Below are positions 25,908 to 35,215 of a DNA stretch of 43,038 nucleotides, in pieces. The notes under the pieces are model-generated. The model ran no database searches, had not been told where the DNA came from, and saw only the letters and a program-made list of their open reading frames with translations. Position 1 is the first letter of the stretch. Each line of letters starts with the position of its first letter. Origin of the DNA: Nanobdellota archaeon (GTDB lineage Archaea; Nanobdellota; Nanobdellia; Pacearchaeales; GW2011-AR1); assembly GCA_038044245.1 (NCBI GenBank), contig JBBTAK010000011.1:1-43038 (forward strand), written 5' to 3'. Both the position numbers and the translations under genes were made by a program.

Positions 25908-26866
25908 TTTATTTTTTTGAATTTAGCAATGAAAAACCCCTCTGTGTTGTTGTCTTGGGGATAGATACGACAGGATTTTTCAACATTTTTATTGTAGTTA
26001 TTATCTGACCAGTTAGTTATTCCTGGTCTGCACTTAACTGGAAGGTTTATCTTTTCTATACTAACATCTTTTCCAAATTTCTTCAAAACAAAGTCAACAA
26101 CCTCTTCGTTTTCTTCGGGAGCATGGGTGCATGTTGAATACACAGCCTCTCCGCCTGGTTTTAAGATTTCAATGGCAGAGGCGAGAAGCCCTTTCTGAAG
26201 CCTTGAAAGGATTCTTATTGTTTGGGGATTCCACATGAGGTAAGTTACAGGGCTTGACCTTAAAGTTCCCTCTCCTGAACAAGGCGCATCCACAAGAATT
26301 TTATCGAAGAGAAAACCAGCGTCTTTCAGCTTTTTGCAGAAGAAAATCCCATCTTTTCTTGTTATTATGTTGTTAGTCACTCCGCAACGCTCCATGTTTG
26401 AGGCAAGGATTTTCAGCCTTTTTAGATTTACATCATTGGCTATGATTGTTCCCTGGTTTTTCATTGCTGCCGCAATCTGGGTTGTCTTGCTTCCTGGAGC
26501 AGCTGCAATGTCAAGGACGAGTTCTCCCGGCTTTGGTTTAAGAGCAAGAACAGGAAGCATGCTGGCAATTTCCTGAACATAATAATATCCGAGAAGATGC
26601 TCCATTGAACGGCCAAGCTCTCCAGGAGCAAGCTCATTTTTAATTATCATTATTTCTGGATGGTCTTTAAATGGCTGAAGTATTGTCCATCCCTTGACCT
26701 CTAATCTTTTTTTCAATTCATCTGGCTGAATCTTAAGAGTATTGCATCTGATAGAATTTTGTAATGGCTGCTTTAAGATTTCATTATAAGATTCAAAATC
26801 TTTTCCAAGAAGCGCAGACATTCGTTCAAGAAAAAGTGGCTTTGGCTCGTAATTTCTGTTTTTCAT
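25904..26866 (-). CDS. NOL1/NOP2/Sun-family RNA cytosine-C5 methyltransferase
   Basis: SAM site VLDIAAAPGSKTTQIA. Catalytic motifs VDAPCSGEG and VYSTCT. Confidence 0.88.
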   Translation of the reverse strand: MKNRNYEPKPLFLERMSALLGKDFESYNEILKQPLQNSIRCNTLKIQPDELKKRLEVKGWTILQPFKDHPEIMIIKNELAPGELGRSMEHLLGYYYVQEIASMLPVLALKPKPGELVLDIAAAPGSKTTQIAAAMKNQGTIIANDVNLKRLKILASNMERCGVTNNIITRKDGIFFCKKLKDAGFLFDKILVDAPCSGEGTLRSSPVTYLMWNPQTIRILSRLQKGLLASAIEILKPGGEAVYSTCTHAPEENEEVVDFVLKKFGKDVSIEKINLPVKCRPGITNWSDNNYNKNVEKSCRIYPQDNNTEGFFIAKFKKIK

Positions 26867-26868
26867 GA

Positions 26869-29343
26869 TCAGAAATCCCCCAACTTCGTCTGCTTTTTTC
26901 CATCAAGAATTTCCTTGACATTAATGTTGAAAACCTGGAAGATATTTTCAACTGCAGGTAGGATCTGCCTGTTAAGGTAGTATTCAATATTGTATTCACC
27001 TTTTTCTTCCATTAGCTTTACACACTCTCTCACCAGCTTTTTCTTTTCCCTTGTTTCTGCTATGAAATATTCTATAAGGTTAGCCCCGCTTATTGGAATT
27101 CCGCGCTCTTTCATCTTTTGCGCAGCAATGACATGAGGGGAAATTGCCTTGTATTCCTCGATAGGTTTCTGCAACATTGTTCTTATTGTTATATCTTCTT
27201 TTGGAACTTCACGCTGCTTTACCTTTTTGACAATTTCTTTGAGGTGTTCAAGGGCCCTTTTTTCATTTCCATCTTCGAGGACAAGGCGGATTATCCTGTT
27301 TTGCAATTCTCTTGCGAGGCGACACCAGTCTCTCCTCACTGTTTCAAATCCCCTTATTTTCAGCTTGCCGTCTTTTCCTATCAGGGCATATTTCTTTTTT
27401 GCCCCTATAGTTCCTGTCCTTTTTGTAACCCACAAACCACGATTGAAAAATCCTTCAAGCTCAAGCTCCATAATTCCCGGAAGATTTTCATTAAGTTCTT
27501 TCAATAAATCAAGAGATTGTTTTTCACCATGGCCATTTAATTTAAAGCAAATCGAGTCTGTGTCGCTGTATATTACAGTATAGCCTTTGCTGTTTATCCT
27601 GTCAATAGTTTTTTTTATGAAATCCCTGCTTATTGCAGTTGCTGCTGCAGAAGCTTCAGGGCAGTAATATCTTGCTCCGAAAAATCCCTGATAACCATAA
27701 GAAGCATTGGCAAGAAGCTTGAATGCGTTGCTTCTTGCTGTTTTTATTGCATCTGGCTTTTCTTTCAGCTCATGCTTGTACTGCTTTCTTTTTTCTATTA
27801 TCTCCTTGAGCATTTCAGGAAAAAATTGTGGCTTTTTTGAAAAATAAAACTTCTTGCCTTTCACTTCCACTTCCAAGAAATCCTTTGTCCTTTTTTCTGA
27901 GAATGAGGACCTTGAAAGGTTAAAGGTGACTATTATGCTAGGCCAGAAGCTTGTGAAATCAAAGATGCAGACATCCCCGTAAAGCCCGGGAGTTGGTTCA
28001 AATACAAAGGCACCTTCATACTTTTCTCTCCTCATCCTGGAACTGATTTCATCATGGACAGGCTTTTTTTCAGGTATTTCATTGAACTTGTGCAGGTTAT
28101 GCATGATGTAATCTTCGACATTGTTTGACATCCCGTTTCTTGTTACAGAAAAAACAGGCTCCTGCATTATCCTTGTGAACTCAAAAATGTCCGGCCAGAA
28201 TTTCTGGAAAAGCCCATAGGTTAATACAGAATCATGAAGGTTGTATTCGAAATAGCTTTCCCATTCCTCTTTTTTTATTTTTGAAGAGTGCTTGAATTTG
28301 AAATTCTTTTTTGTGTCTCCGAGAAATTCACGGGAAACTTCATTCAGAGAAAGAGTTTCTGACTGCATATACTGGGAGTAAGCCGATTGGACAAATTTCA
28401 TCAGGTCAATATGGACAATTCCTGATATCTTTCCTGTCGTTAAGGCACCACGAAAAAACCTCGGCTGGCTGTTATCAAGCCCGAGAGTTAGAGGAACTTT
28501 TAATTTAACCGCCCTTTCTTTCAGGTAAGGAAGGTCAAATCCGTCTGAAAAATACCCGACAAGAAAATCAGGGGAAATCTTTTTTACATATGAGATGAAT
28601 TTTTCCAGAAGCTCTTTCTCACCCTTCACAAATTCAACATACTCTTCCTTTGATTTTTCATCTTTTTTTCCTTCAAAACTTCCTTTCCAAGTTATAACTT
28701 TCTTGAAGCCTTCTGAAACAAGAGAGACCATGACAATTTCTCCCTCACCTATCTTAAACTCATCTGCTTCTATATCATACGCGAGGATTTTTGGAGAAAA
28801 AAAATTAATATCTGCTTTTTTATGGCTTTGAAGTTTCATGCACACATCAACCTGCATGTCCTGATCAATCCCTCCAAATTCCCCTGAATTGTCTATAACC
28901 TGTCCTTCTATCTCATACCATTGCAAAGGTGAAATACCCTTTTCAATTATATAATGAGTTATAAAACCAAGGTCATAGCCTCTCCTGTTTGTTATCTCTT
29001 TCAGGCCAAGCCTGTCTGCTATATCATGAAGGTCTTTGTAGTTTGTTGCAAAAATCTTAAGGGCATTCACTTCTTTTCCAAGGAAGTTTTTCCTGTGAAG
29101 TTCTACGGATTCAACTCTTGTTTTACGGCCCTTTATGTCCAGTTCTATTTTTTTTATCTTTTCTATGAGGCTCTGTATTTTTTTCTGGTTTAAACCAGGT
29201 TTTAAAACAGCCCAGAAATAGACAGGACAGGAGTCTATAATGCATAATCTCTTTCCATGGGAATCTCGGCCCACTATTCTTATGTAGTTTCTTCCCTCAA
29301 AATCAAAATAGTCATAATCAACAGGAATAAACGAAGTCTTCAT
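26869..29343 (-). CDS. polB: Family B DNA polymerase
   Basis: Exo I LAYDIEA. Pol motif A FDFTSFWPSII, motif B KLLANASYGY, motif C VIYSDTDS. C-terminal QTKLGDF is PIP-like. No intein-sized insertions. Confidence 0.93.
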   Translation of the reverse strand: MKTSFIPVDYDYFDFEGRNYIRIVGRDSHGKRLCIIDSCPVYFWAVLKPGLNQKKIQSLIEKIKKIELDIKGRKTRVESVELHRKNFLGKEVNALKIFATNYKDLHDIADRLGLKEITNRRGYDLGFITHYIIEKGISPLQWYEIEGQVIDNSGEFGGIDQDMQVDVCMKLQSHKKADINFFSPKILAYDIEADEFKIGEGEIVMVSLVSEGFKKVITWKGSFEGKKDEKSKEEYVEFVKGEKELLEKFISYVKKISPDFLVGYFSDGFDLPYLKERAVKLKVPLTLGLDNSQPRFFRGALTTGKISGIVHIDLMKFVQSAYSQYMQSETLSLNEVSREFLGDTKKNFKFKHSSKIKKEEWESYFEYNLHDSVLTYGLFQKFWPDIFEFTRIMQEPVFSVTRNGMSNNVEDYIMHNLHKFNEIPEKKPVHDEISSRMRREKYEGAFVFEPTPGLYGDVCIFDFTSFWPSIIVTFNLSRSSFSEKRTKDFLEVEVKGKKFYFSKKPQFFPEMLKEIIEKRKQYKHELKEKPDAIKTARSNAFKLLANASYGYQGFFGARYYCPEASAAATAISRDFIKKTIDRINSKGYTVIYSDTDSICFKLNGHGEKQSLDLLKELNENLPGIMELELEGFFNRGLWVTKRTGTIGAKKKYALIGKDGKLKIRGFETVRRDWCRLARELQNRIIRLVLEDGNEKRALEHLKEIVKKVKQREVPKEDITIRTMLQKPIEEYKAISPHVIAAQKMKERGIPISGANLIEYFIAETREKKKLVRECVKLMEEKGEYNIEYYLNRQILPAVENIFQVFNINVKEILDGKKQTKLGDF

Positions 29344-29363
29344 CTTTCTGAGAAGGGATAGAG

Positions 29364-29377
29364 TTATTTAAATTTTA
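29364..29377. promoter_or_regulatory. Shared bidirectional TATA region between polB and the 29395 ORF
   Basis: TTATTTAAATTTTA lies 21-34 nt from the polB ATG (29343, minus) and 18-31 nt from the ATG at 29395 (plus). Confidence 0.35.
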
Positions 29378-29394
29378 AGAAGAGATGCTGGGAC

Positions 29395-29865
29395 ATGAAT
29401 CATAAGATTTATATACTCTTATCAAGTAGTTACACTATGACATCAAACCTGCATGGATTGGTAAATGCTGTAGAAGATTACGACCCTGAAAAAGACATTG
29501 AAGAAACAGGAGGCAGTTTGGGAATCCACTTAGCAGAGAGAATATTGAGGGCTACCCACGGAAACCCAAGATTTTTTGGATTAGACTGGAAGAACATAGC
29601 AGAAATAGCCCTTCCAAGATTTCCCGAATTACAGCGAGGAGAACGTATTTGCCGTGAAGAACTACGAAAAAGGTTAAGTGCTCTGAGAGAAGCAGGGTTT
29701 CCTGTTAAAAGAGACCATCAGAAGATGTCTCAACAGGGAATGTACAATTATTTAATGGATGAAATCAGGCCCTCTGTTGTCAGGATGGCCAGACAATATT
29801 GCCCAGAGGTTGTGAGAGAAATTCAGCATAGAAATTACAGAGCTAGAGAAACATCTCGCCTATAA
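29395..29865 (+). CDS. Hypothetical protein between polB and fen1
   Basis: 156-aa ORF. Its stop is 2 nt before the fen1 ATG. Arg/Glu-rich and helical-looking. Alternative start at 29437. No family recognised. Confidence 0.5.
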   Translation: MNHKIYILLSSSYTMTSNLHGLVNAVEDYDPEKDIEETGGSLGIHLAERILRATHGNPRFFGLDWKNIAEIALPRFPELQRGERICREELRKRLSALREAGFPVKRDHQKMSQQGMYNYLMDEIRPSVVRMARQYCPEVVREIQHRNYRARETSRL

Positions 29866-29867
29866 TC

Positions 29868-30905
29868 ATGGGTTTAAATATAAGAGAGATAATTCCAAGA
29901 AAAGAAATTGAGATATCTGACTTAAGGGACAAGATTGTTTTTGTAGATGCCTATAACATGCTCTATCAGTTTCTTTCAACCATAAGACAGCCAGACGGAA
30001 CTCCGCTGATGGACAATAAGAAGAGAGTAACCTCTCATCTTTCAGGAATCTTCTACAGAAATGTTAATCTTCTTTCAGAAGGAATAAAGCTGATATATGT
30101 TTTTGATGGGGAGCCGCCAAAATTAAAGGCAGGAACCCATAAGATAAGGTCTGAAGTCAGAGAGGTTTCAAGAGAAAGATATGAAGAATCAAAAAGGGAA
30201 GAAGACATAGAAGGAATGAAACGTTACAGTTCTTTATTGATAAAACTTGATTCAGAGATGATTAGAGAAAGCAAGGAACTCTTGGAAGCAATGGGAGTCG
30301 CTGTTGTCCAGGCTCCAGGAGAAGGAGAAGCAGAGGCGGCCTACCTAAGCAGAATAAAAAACAGCTTCGGGGTTGTGAGCCAGGATTATGACAGCCTTCT
30401 TTTCGGAGCAACAAGGCTTATAAGAAATTTAGGACTCGCAAGAAAAAGGAAAACCGTTTCTGGATGGCAGGAAGTCAGGCCAGAGCTCATAGACCTTCAT
30501 AATGTTCTTAATTCTCTCGAGATAAACCTAGACCAGATGATATGCCTTGGAATTCTGGTTGGAACAGATTACAATCCGAGAGGAATTCCCGGCATAGGGC
30601 AGAAAAGAGCCCTTGAAATTGTGAAAAGATACAAGCAGCCTGTTTTGATTTTCAAAAGCGTGGAAGAGCAGATGATGAGCCTTCCTGAAAAAGACAGGTT
30701 TGACTGGCAGGAAATCTTTGAGCTTTTTCACAAACCCAAAGCAGTAAATGCAGATTTCAAATTTGAAAAGGCGAATGAAAAAAAAATAAAACAAATTCTT
30801 GTTGAAAGGCACGATTTCTCAGAGGAAAGGGTTGAAAAACAGCTGGAGAAACTTCGTGAGGTTAAGGAAAAGAAGAAGCAGAAAAACCTTGGCGGTTGGA
30901 TATGA
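29868..30905 (+). CDS. fen: Flap endonuclease 1
   Basis: MGLNIREIIP..., VDAYNMLYQFLSTIRQPDGTPLMD, VFDGEPP, APGEGEAEAAYL, LVGTDYN. C-terminal PIP box QKNLGGWI. Confidence 0.93.
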   Translation: MGLNIREIIPRKEIEISDLRDKIVFVDAYNMLYQFLSTIRQPDGTPLMDNKKRVTSHLSGIFYRNVNLLSEGIKLIYVFDGEPPKLKAGTHKIRSEVREVSRERYEESKREEDIEGMKRYSSLLIKLDSEMIRESKELLEAMGVAVVQAPGEGEAEAAYLSRIKNSFGVVSQDYDSLLFGATRLIRNLGLARKRKTVSGWQEVRPELIDLHNVLNSLEINLDQMICLGILVGTDYNPRGIPGIGQKRALEIVKRYKQPVLIFKSVEEQMMSLPEKDRFDWQEIFELFHKPKAVNADFKFEKANEKKIKQILVERHDFSEERVEKQLEKLREVKEKKKQKNLGGWI

Positions 30906-30971
30906 AGGTTTTGCATAGTTTTATTTTATGAAAACTTCGGAAGCATTGGGCGAGTGGGTTTGAAACCAGGT

Positions 30972-31577
30972 TTAATCAGATCTGATATCTTTCTTCCAAA
31001 ACTTTCTTCCACTTCTTGTCAAAGAGATTCCTATAACAAAGAGAACTGCCCCGATAAAAATTGATGTTGTCTTTTCATATATTATATCTGTAAAACCTGC
31101 TATGAACATGGCAAACAAACCAAGAACTATGAAAAGCCCTGCAAATCCATACTGTTTTATTATAACAAAAGCCACAATCACAAATATAACTGCAAGGAGA
31201 AAGGAGAACATGTCTGTAGAAAGACCAATTCCGTAGATTAGTGATTCCAAATTATAGTCTTGCCTGTACATGTAATAAACAATCAAAGCAGAGATTGCAA
31301 AGGCAACAACTCCTGCAGCTGTTGTGTTTGGTTCTTCTCCGCCCCAAGAAGTTCTTCTTCCCCTGAAAAGATTTACCTTTGTAAGTATCAGGAAGATGAC
31401 TGTGAAAAATATGAAGAACAGCAAGCCGTAAACAACTGTCGTTGGATCCAAGCTGTCAAAGAAATCACCAAGGGAAATGCTTCCGCTCCAGCCATAGCCA
31501 TCAAAAAACTGGGCGCTGGCGAAATTCATCAGAAATAAGGATGCTAATAAGGCTAATATCCAAACACCTTTTTTCAT
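30972..31577 (-). CDS. Hypothetical membrane protein with signal peptide
   Basis: Signal-like N-terminus MKKGVWILALLASLFLMNFASA and about 5 TM helices. Confidence 0.55.
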   Translation of the reverse strand: MKKGVWILALLASLFLMNFASAQFFDGYGWSGSISLGDFFDSLDPTTVVYGLLFFIFFTVIFLILTKVNLFRGRRTSWGGEEPNTTAAGVVAFAISALIVYYMYRQDYNLESLIYGIGLSTDMFSFLLAVIFVIVAFVIIKQYGFAGLFIVLGLFAMFIAGFTDIIYEKTTSIFIGAVLFVIGISLTRSGRKFWKKDIRSD

Positions 31578-31661
31578 AGCGGGATAAGGTTACTTATTCT
31601 TATAAACTTTCTTGTGGCTATCTGTAATAATATTTATAAAGTTACATTCCCTATTTTTAAA

Positions 31662-32051
31662 ATGGGTGTGATGAAGTATATTTATGGAATTTCAGCTATT
31701 CTTCTTGCATTAGATGCTATGTTTCTTGAAATTCTCCCAAGCCTGCTTTTACAAGTATTAGTTGTAGTTCTTGGGGTACTTATATTACTTACACCAATGG
31801 GGGGACAGAGAGTAAGACCAACAACTTCCCAGCAAGTAAGAAGATTTGTTTTCGGAGCATTCATAGCCTTAATTGGTGCAGTTCCCCTTATTCAAAACTA
31901 TACTGGCTCTTTCATAATTGGTGGTTGGATAGAAGTACTTCATTGGGCTTCAATAGAAGTTTGGTCTGGTCAATTAATTCTTATCTTAATTGGAGTAATA
32001 TATTTCTTTGCTGGAACAAAGACGGGTAATCAAACTATTTATTCCCAATAA
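31662..32051 (+). CDS. Hypothetical membrane protein
   Basis: 4 TM helices. TATTTATAAA at 31631-31640 favours the ATG at 31662 over the GTG at 31614 listed in the track. Confidence 0.5.
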   Translation: MGVMKYIYGISAILLALDAMFLEILPSLLLQVLVVVLGVLILLTPMGGQRVRPTTSQQVRRFVFGAFIALIGAVPLIQNYTGSFIIGGWIEVLHWASIEVWSGQLILILIGVIYFFAGTKTGNQTIYSQ

Positions 32052-32092
32052 TCTTCACAAACCTTTAAATCTATTATTGAATTAACTGCTGA

Positions 32093-32905
32093 ATGAAATT
32101 CCCTTATGATATTCTTGGAAACATAGCTTTGGTCAAGTTTAAAGAAAAGACGAGCGTTAAAGAGAAAGAGAGGTTTGCCAACAGCCTTCTTCATAACAAT
32201 AAATCCATTAAAACTGTACTGGAAAAATCCGGAAGGTTTAAAGGTAGGCTCAGAAAACAGCAGACAAGATGGATTGCAGGAGAGAAAACAAAAGAGGTTT
32301 TGTATAAGGAAAATGGCTGTGTTTTCAGGTTTAATATCGACAAGACGTACTTTTCCCCAAGGCTTAGCAATGAACGGAAAGAAATTGCACAGAAAGTGAA
32401 AGCTGGTGATTCAGTCCTTGTCATGTTTGCAGGAGTTGGTCCATACGGAATAGTTATAGCTAAAAATTCCAGAGCAGGGAGAGTTTATTTCAATGAAATA
32501 AATAAAGAGGCGAACAAGTATGCTGAGATGAATATTTCATTGAATAATGTTAAGGGAAAAGTTATCTTGCTAAAAGGTGATATAAAGAACATCGCTAAAA
32601 AGATTAGCAAAGTATGGGTTAGTGTAAGGGGAACTTTAGTGCCACACAAGTTTGATGTAATTGTCATGCCTCGTCCGCAGTTGAAGGATTCTTTTTTAAG
32701 AGAAGCCTTTACTCTTTCAAAAAAAGGCACGAGGGTTTTTTATTATGATTTTTGCAAGGAAGAAGAGATAGAAGATATTGTTAAAAGAATAAAAAAGGAT
32801 GCTACTAAATATAAAAAAGAGATTAAAGTATTAAATATAAAAAAAGCAGGGGAAATAGCCCCTTATAAGTATAGGATAAGAGTGGATTTTATCGTTCTTA
32901 ATTAA
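32093..32905 (+). CDS. trm5: tRNA (guanine37-N1)-methyltransferase Trm5 (Met-10+ family)
   Basis: YDILGNIALVKF, YFSPRLSNER, SAM site VLVMFAGVGPYGI, NEINKEA. Confidence 0.82.
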   Translation: MKFPYDILGNIALVKFKEKTSVKEKERFANSLLHNNKSIKTVLEKSGRFKGRLRKQQTRWIAGEKTKEVLYKENGCVFRFNIDKTYFSPRLSNERKEIAQKVKAGDSVLVMFAGVGPYGIVIAKNSRAGRVYFNEINKEANKYAEMNISLNNVKGKVILLKGDIKNIAKKISKVWVSVRGTLVPHKFDVIVMPRPQLKDSFLREAFTLSKKGTRVFYYDFCKEEEIEDIVKRIKKDATKYKKEIKVLNIKKAGEIAPYKYRIRVDFIVLN

Positions 32906-33716
32906 ATGAATTGCTTCTAGGTATTTTTTTATCTTTCATTAAAAATTCGTAATAACTTACTAAAGCAGGAGTCGCAATAATAATCCAAATAACTAATTCT
33001 TCAACAGGGGCAGGATTTCCGAAAAAATTGATAACTTTGATAAAGTTCCCATTAGTGGGGAAAACCCATTGCCCAGCGCTTAAGGCTGCTGCCTCAAACA
33101 AAAACATCAGAAAAGTGAAATATACCCCAATGATTAAAAACTTGCGCCAAAATGAAGGAAAATTATACAGAAATAGAACTAAAGGAACAACTGCAAATAA
33201 TCCCCCTGAAATTAGGTAAAAATATGGAATATAAATATAGGTTTTATCTGTATAAAAAAATATCAATATTACCAATATTAAGATGATGGCAGAATACAAA
33301 AAATAATAAATGCGATGAGAGATTATATTATTTTTTTTGGTTGATTCAAAGAAAAACTTATAGAAAAGCGTGGCATAAAAAGCCCACAATAATGCAAAAA
33401 AATAGCTATCAATCGTTACCAATCCTAGAAACTTAAATGGGAATACTGTTTCTGTGATTATCCATGAATTATTGAGATATGCAACAGGCTCAATTATCCA
33501 ATAAAATGCTGTTCCAAAAATAAGCGCAAAAATAGCACTTTTATTGACAATTTTTGAATTACGCATGGCAAGATACAAAGATGGTGTACCAAAAAATAAT
33601 AAAATAGAAATCAAATAATTTGTTTTTAGAAAAAATGTGATGATTGCTGCAATAACTGGAAGAATTACTACAACAGCAATGTCAATGTTTTTCTGACGTT
33701 TATTATCATAATTCAT
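32898..33716 (-). CDS. Hypothetical polytopic membrane protein
   Basis: About 8 hydrophobic helices. Very AT-rich. The C-terminal NPAPVEELVIW is loosely reminiscent of the PxEE motif of lycopene-cyclase-domain proteins. Lies 9 nt downstream of the ATPase gene. Confidence 0.5.
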   Translation of the reverse strand: MNYDNKRQKNIDIAVVVILPVIAAIITFFLKTNYLISILLFFGTPSLYLAMRNSKIVNKSAIFALIFGTAFYWIIEPVAYLNNSWIITETVFPFKFLGLVTIDSYFFALLWAFYATLFYKFFFESTKKNNIISHRIYYFLYSAIILILVILIFFYTDKTYIYIPYFYLISGGLFAVVPLVLFLYNFPSFWRKFLIIGVYFTFLMFLFEAAALSAGQWVFPTNGNFIKVINFFGNPAPVEELVIWIIIATPALVSYYEFLMKDKKIPRSNSFN

Positions 33717-33725
33717 TTTTTATTA

Positions 33726-35051
33726 TCACAGCTTCTTCTCAGCCCTTACAGAAGTCGGCGCTTCGCCGCCGTGCCATGTAAATCTTGGCCTTACCCTCAT
33801 AGGGTATATTCTTTCAGAATTATCATCGAGAAGAATTGCGCTTCCCTTCAAGCTTGGAAGATCATCCATCTGTCTCTTTATGCTTTCAAGTACGTAAGAC
33901 TGCATAATATAATTCAGCGCTTCCACATCTGGCTTTGAGGTAACCCTATGGGCAATGACTATGTCTGACTGGGTCATGACATCTCTATGGATTTCTCCTG
34001 GCTGCTGTGTTGCAAGAACAAGGGAAATTCCAGGCTGCCTTCCCTCTCTGAGAAGTTGGATTAACGCATCTGTTGCAACTGTTTTTCCAGAGAGAGGAAG
34101 AAACTCGTGCGCTTCATCTATGAAAATCCAGACCAGGGGGTCATCTCTTTTCAGCTCTCCGGAAAAGTATTCCAAACCACGCGAAACAGAATCAACTTCC
34201 TCTTTTTTTCTTGAGGACATTCTTTGATTGAAAATCTTCCTGCAAATAAGGCTTATTGCCAATGCCCTTATGTTGAACGCCCCCACCGCATTGTAAATGC
34301 TCAGATCAAGGACAGTTGTTGTTCCTGCTGAGACTAAAGCCTCTACTTTTGTGGCTTCTGAATCTTTTTCAGAAAATATTCCCCATGTTTTTGCAGCCTC
34401 AAACAAGCCAATCGCAGCATTCTTTGTCTCTTGCAGAGTTTTCTCGTCTTTTTCCAGCATGTCAACAATTCCTTCAAGGTCAAAATTCCCCATTTCTCTC
34501 AGCTTTTTAATAGTCCTTTCTATGAGGACAGAGACGGGGTTAATGATATCTAATCCAAAAGTAAGAACCCAGTCCTCAGCTGTCAATTCCATCACATCCA
34601 AGGCAAAACTTTCGTCCGCAGGAATTCCTTTTTCCAGATATGAATCGTAGTGCCCGAATGGAACAAAAATCTTTACCGGAAGGTTCTTTTGCTTAAGGTC
34701 CCATTCCTGCAAGAGCTCCTTGTCTTTCTCGTTCTTGAATTTCATGGTCCAGTAAATTCCCATTGTGTCAAAGATGAGAGAGCCTATGTTTTCCCTTGCC
34801 TCTTTTGGAAGAGAGGAAAACTCTTCTGCTATGACTCCAAGAGTATATGATTTTCCGCTTCCGCGTTTTCCTGCAACGAGGACAACATGGCTTCTTGCCA
34901 CGTCCATGAAAATCTTGTTGCTCAGGGAAGTATATTGGCCCATATGAACATATCCTTTTCCAAGATAAATGAGACCACGGTCACCAAAAGCTTTTTTGTC
35001 TGCAGCATCTCTTCCAACAAGGATGTCATAAGCCATGGTAACCAGAACCAA
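33726..35051 (-). CDS. HerA/FtsK-superfamily ATPase (DUF87-like)
   Basis: Walker A VAGKRGSGKSYT, Walker B VWIFIDEAHEFLP, LVLATQQPGEI. Confidence 0.75.
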   Translation of the reverse strand: MVLVTMAYDILVGRDAADKKAFGDRGLIYLGKGYVHMGQYTSLSNKIFMDVARSHVVLVAGKRGSGKSYTLGVIAEEFSSLPKEARENIGSLIFDTMGIYWTMKFKNEKDKELLQEWDLKQKNLPVKIFVPFGHYDSYLEKGIPADESFALDVMELTAEDWVLTFGLDIINPVSVLIERTIKKLREMGNFDLEGIVDMLEKDEKTLQETKNAAIGLFEAAKTWGIFSEKDSEATKVEALVSAGTTTVLDLSIYNAVGAFNIRALAISLICRKIFNQRMSSRKKEEVDSVSRGLEYFSGELKRDDPLVWIFIDEAHEFLPLSGKTVATDALIQLLREGRQPGISLVLATQQPGEIHRDVMTQSDIVIAHRVTSKPDVEALNYIMQSYVLESIKRQMDDLPSLKGSAILLDDNSERIYPMRVRPRFTWHGGEAPTSVRAEKKL

Positions 35052-35215
35052 AGGTTCCGCACCCCCAATAATTATTAACAGTTAACTTAACTTTTAATTG
35101 CATAATAAGGTAATGTAAAACAGCTTTTTATATTTTTTAGAATAAATTCTTGATAGCTCTAAATTTCAGCAATAATCGTCTTTTGTGCTGATAACCACAT
35201 ATGATTTTTATAAAA

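Noticed and set aside
26869-29343. Inteins in polB, rfcS, rfcL, cdc48, topA or radB as the source of the LAGLIDADG genes.
   Set aside because: All of these proteins have normal lengths, and their catalytic motifs are contiguous. Both endonuclease genes are free-standing and lie on the strand opposite to, or outside, host genes.
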